From: Alphaproteobacteria bacterium
Lineage (GTDB): Bacteria; Pseudomonadota; Alphaproteobacteria; UBA7887
NCBI GenBank assembly: GCA_965216755.1
Contig: CBDCGL010000011.1
Span: 2,016,001 to 2,080,000, forward strand
Direction: 5' to 3'
DNA: 64,000 nt
Shown here: one piece after another, positions 61,029 to 64,000 of the stretch
Numbering within the stretch: the first letter of the stretch is position 1
Layout: the number at the start of each line of letters is the position of its first letter
Notes under the pieces: generated by a model
The model's input: the letters and a program-made list of their open reading frames with translations, nothing else
What the model was told of the DNA's origin: nothing
The model's database searches: none
Position numbers and translations under genes: made by a program

Positions 61029-61733
61029 TTATCTGTTGAGGTCCTCGTCTTCATAGCGATATCCCACCCCGTGAACGGTTCGGATGATTCTTGGGCGATG
61101 CGGACGCAGTTCCACCTTCCGACGCAGGGTGCGAATACACTGGTCGATCGCCCGACTGTTGGGCATGTAATCACGCCCCCAGCAACTGTCGTAAAGCTCA
61201 TCGCGCGACACCACTTGTCCGGCGCGGCGGTGAAGCAATCCGAGGATCGCAACCTCGCGTCGGGTCAGATCAATGCAGACCGAATTGCGATAGGCCCGTT
61301 GCGCTCTCCGATCAACGTCCAAATCGCCAATCCGAAATAGCACGACCTCGCCGCTCTGTTCCCTAGGCGCCCTATTGACGCGGCGCAGAATAGCCTTGAC
61401 CCGGGCAACAAGTTCACGTGGCGCGAATGGTTTGGTTACATAGTCGTCGGCGCCAATTTCCAGACCGACGACGCGATCGATCTCTTCGTGCCGCGCCGTC
61501 AGCACAACCAGCGGAACATCGGCATCTTCACTTCGAATAGCCCTGCAGAGGTCAAAACCATCCATTCCTGGCATCATCACATCAATGATGCAAAATGCCG
61601 GACGCTGGCGCCGAAACGTCGCCAGCGCTTCGGAGCCATCACCGACCCCGACACAGTCAAATCCTTCGGCCCGGAACAACTCGGAAATGGCATGCCGCAT
61701 CGCCGCATCATCTTCCGCAATCAACATATGCAA
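61029..61733 (-). CDS. OmpR-family response regulator
   Basis: IAEDD, IDVMMP, LTA, GADDYVTKPF, winged helix (SRDEL, IRTVHGVGY). Confidence 0.93.
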   Translation of the reverse strand: MHMLIAEDDAAMRHAISELFRAEGFDCVGVGDGSEALATFRRQRPAFCIIDVMMPGMDGFDLCRAIRSEDADVPLVVLTARHEEIDRVVGLEIGADDYVTKPFAPRELVARVKAILRRVNRAPREQSGEVVLFRIGDLDVDRRAQRAYRNSVCIDLTRREVAILGLLHRRAGQVVSRDELYDSCWGRDYMPNSRAIDQCIRTLRRKVELRPHRPRIIRTVHGVGYRYEDEDLNR

Positions 61734-61747
61734 TGGATGACCCTCAC

Positions 61748-63349
61748 TTATTCAGCGCGATGCCCGATCTTCAACCAGGCGACGAAGCGCGCCCCGGGAC
61801 AGGCATGTTCCACCCGCACGTCGCCACCGTTGGCCCGCGCCAATCGCCGGCACGCGGCCAATCCAAGCCCATGCCCGTCGGGTTCTTGGTTCGCCCGCAC
61901 CAACGGATCGAATATCGCTTCTGCCATGTTCGCTGGCACGCCGGCCCCATGGTCGCGAACAGCGATAAATAGGTTAGCGTCTTCTATCCAGGTTTCAGCC
62001 TCTATATCGCTGCCGGGCGCGTATTTGCGGGCGTTGTCGAGGAAATTAATGATGATGCGTTCGAATGCCGCGTGGTCAAAGAATACCGGGGCGTCGGCGC
62101 CAAGCCGCATACTGATTTGGCTGCCAACCCCGTTGAGCATTGGTAGATAGTGGCGGACCGTTTCGCCCAGGGTGTCGTTTGCATTGCCGGGCCGCAGCAT
62201 TGGCTCCGCGCACGGTCTGCCGCGTGCGACGGCCGTTGCGTCTTCGACCAAAACACCCAACCGCTTCGCCTCCGCTTCCAGAATATCGCAGTAGCTCCGG
62301 ATCACCACGTTTTCGCTAGCTTGCGCTCGGATCAGATCGCCATAGAGGCGCAAATTGGTCAGCGGCGTTCGCAGCTCATGGGAAATTTGCGCCGCCTCGC
62401 CCGCCCGGCGATATGACGCTTCAAGCCGCGATCTTTGCATGCGAAATATGTGTGCAGCTAAGAAAGCGATGATCAACAGTAAGACGACGACCGTGGCCGC
62501 GAATATTGGCCAACCCGAATTCTTGTTGGCAGTCGTGGCCAGGGGCCACGCGTTCAGGCGCCAAGCGGACAGCGGAGCCGACAACGGGCGCGCCGCGAGT
62601 ACCACACCGTGCGACCCCTGCACGCTTGCCCACAATTGGAACTCCAATTCGTCAATCAGGGCAAAGCCGAACGAGCCGCGGCCCGCGGCCCCTCTCTCCA
62701 ATGCCTCGATCGCGGCGTCGACCACCGCAGAGCGCGCAAAGACAACACACGCAATGGCGCGGCCACGGCCAAACCAACACCGGCTCGGCGCCAATCCGGC
62801 GGGAGACGCTGACATCGTCCATACGTCGTTGGGGCGACTGCTCTCTGTGCCGCCGAGCATTAGCGCCGACTTTGCTTGAGCCAAAGCTCCGGAGGAAGAT
62901 CGAGCAAACTGACGCTCGCGTGGCGTCAGAAATGCGCCCTCGGCGGCAGGAAAAAGACGTTCGCCATCCGGCGCGTAAATCGTTGCAAGTTTGATCGCCG
63001 CATCTGTGATCGCCAGATTGCCGATATCATCCGCCCGTTCAATTGCCGCATCGACACGTTGCGCAATCCGTTCGCCAAGTGCCGATATCGCGTTCAGGAT
63101 CAGCCCATCAAATTCTCTAAGTGCATCCGCGGCGGCCTGCGATCGCTCCGAGTCACTTTGGACACCGCCAAGTTCCACAACCCGACTAGCCAACACGATA
63201 ACCACCAGTGTCGGGATTAAGACCACAACCGCCAGTAGTATCGCGAGCCTACGCAAATCCGCTTGGCGCGCAAATGGCACTGTATCTTCCAATATTGGCT
63301 TAGGCGGTTCATTCGCACCAATCACGCCGTAGCCCCTGGTTGCCATCAA
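61748..63349 (-). CDS. Membrane sensor histidine kinase
   Basis: Two TMs, SHELRTPL, NFLDNARKY, DHGAG, FDP, GHGLGL; start uncertain. Confidence 0.9.
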   Translation of the reverse strand: MMATRGYGVIGANEPPKPILEDTVPFARQADLRRLAILLAVVVLIPTLVVIVLASRVVELGGVQSDSERSQAAADALREFDGLILNAISALGERIAQRVDAAIERADDIGNLAITDAAIKLATIYAPDGERLFPAAEGAFLTPRERQFARSSSGALAQAKSALMLGGTESSRPNDVWTMSASPAGLAPSRCWFGRGRAIACVVFARSAVVDAAIEALERGAAGRGSFGFALIDELEFQLWASVQGSHGVVLAARPLSAPLSAWRLNAWPLATTANKNSGWPIFAATVVVLLLIIAFLAAHIFRMQRSRLEASYRRAGEAAQISHELRTPLTNLRLYGDLIRAQASENVVIRSYCDILEAEAKRLGVLVEDATAVARGRPCAEPMLRPGNANDTLGETVRHYLPMLNGVGSQISMRLGADAPVFFDHAAFERIIINFLDNARKYAPGSDIEAETWIEDANLFIAVRDHGAGVPANMAEAIFDPLVRANQEPDGHGLGLAACRRLARANGGDVRVEHACPGARFVAWLKIGHRAE

Positions 63350-63471
63350 TCAATCTAAGACACCGCACACTCCCACAAGAGTTACGCGCCTTGGCAATCC
63401 GGATCCCAACACATGATCGACCTTCAAACGGTTGGGGTTGCCATTTTCGGCCCGTGTTGCATTATGGCAAA

Positions 63472-63933
63472 GTGAAAAGTGGCCAATCATCAATAGTTTT
63501 TATAGCCTCCGCCGCAGCCGGCGCACGGCCAGTTTTGATGATGCTCGCGACCATGATCATGGCAGCGCTCATGGCGACGTCGGCCGAAGCGGACGACGCG
63601 ACGCCTAGCGCCGAGGACCGCATGGCCGAGACGTTCCGTCGCACCATGGCGCATTGGCGATACGACTACGATGCATTGAAGCCCGGCAAAGCCGGGGTCG
63701 CCTGTATTCCGTGGGAGCAAATCGACTCGGCTTATTTGGACGAGGGGATTTTTGAAGCGCTGGGCTTTTCCTACTCAACCGCTGGTGACGACGTGGCGGT
63801 AAGGATTGCGACCGATGGCTGCGAACAAATGAAAGCCGCCGTGCGCGTTACCGATTGCGCATGCGAGGTGGTCTTGATTGATGACCGGATTGAGGTGGTC
63901 GTACCAGTGGCAACCGCAGATGCCTTGCGTTGA
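63472..63933 (+). CDS. Secreted Cys-containing hypothetical protein
   Basis: Hydrophobic signal ending AEA, 4 Cys (C...C...CxC); start uncertain (63472 or 63538). Confidence 0.5.
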   Translation: MKSGQSSIVFIASAAAGARPVLMMLATMIMAALMATSAEADDATPSAEDRMAETFRRTMAHWRYDYDALKPGKAGVACIPWEQIDSAYLDEGIFEALGFSYSTAGDDVAVRIATDGCEQMKAAVRVTDCACEVVLIDDRIEVVVPVATADALR

Positions 63934-64000
63934 TGGGCAAAATCGAGTGAGCGCGGACCACCGACCAAACACGCGTTGCGACCAGGCGACGATTGTGATG

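Overview
GC-rich alphaproteobacterial chromosome segment. The left end (1-5.4 kb) is a core block: partial TPR gene, rsmB/sun, guaB, rlmE, ppx and tRNA-Gln(CTG). The tRNA abuts a remnant of a large serine recombinase, and the rest of the window is an accessory mosaic. It contains: a TRAP binding protein; a PQQ alcohol dehydrogenase with the lanthanide-type D-Y-D motif plus cytochrome c, downstream of a complete MoxR/DUF58/DUF4381/VWA/VWA/TPR/BatD cassette; a decayed ABC transporter ahead of hemerythrin, intradiol dioxygenase and Rieske genes; a quorum-sensing cassette; a sarcosine oxidase operon soxBDAG; a full but rearranged eboABCDEF cluster beside a secreted beta-propeller dehydrogenase and cytochrome c; a catabolic cluster (GST, DehI-like, ThDP enzyme, SDRs, ADC-like, enolase-superfamily, TauD) with MITE-like inverted repeats around tauD; and a two-component system. 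The best candidate for a new system is the quorum-sensing cassette (25.9-30.7 kb). There an atypical LuxI is co-oriented with an orphan diaminobutyrate aminotransferase, the LuxR has Tyr at the conserved lactone-binding Trp, a divergent operon encodes an AidH-like lactonase, and two matching 20-bp lux-box-like sites face the two operons. All protein calls come from motif recognition by eye; no database searches were run.
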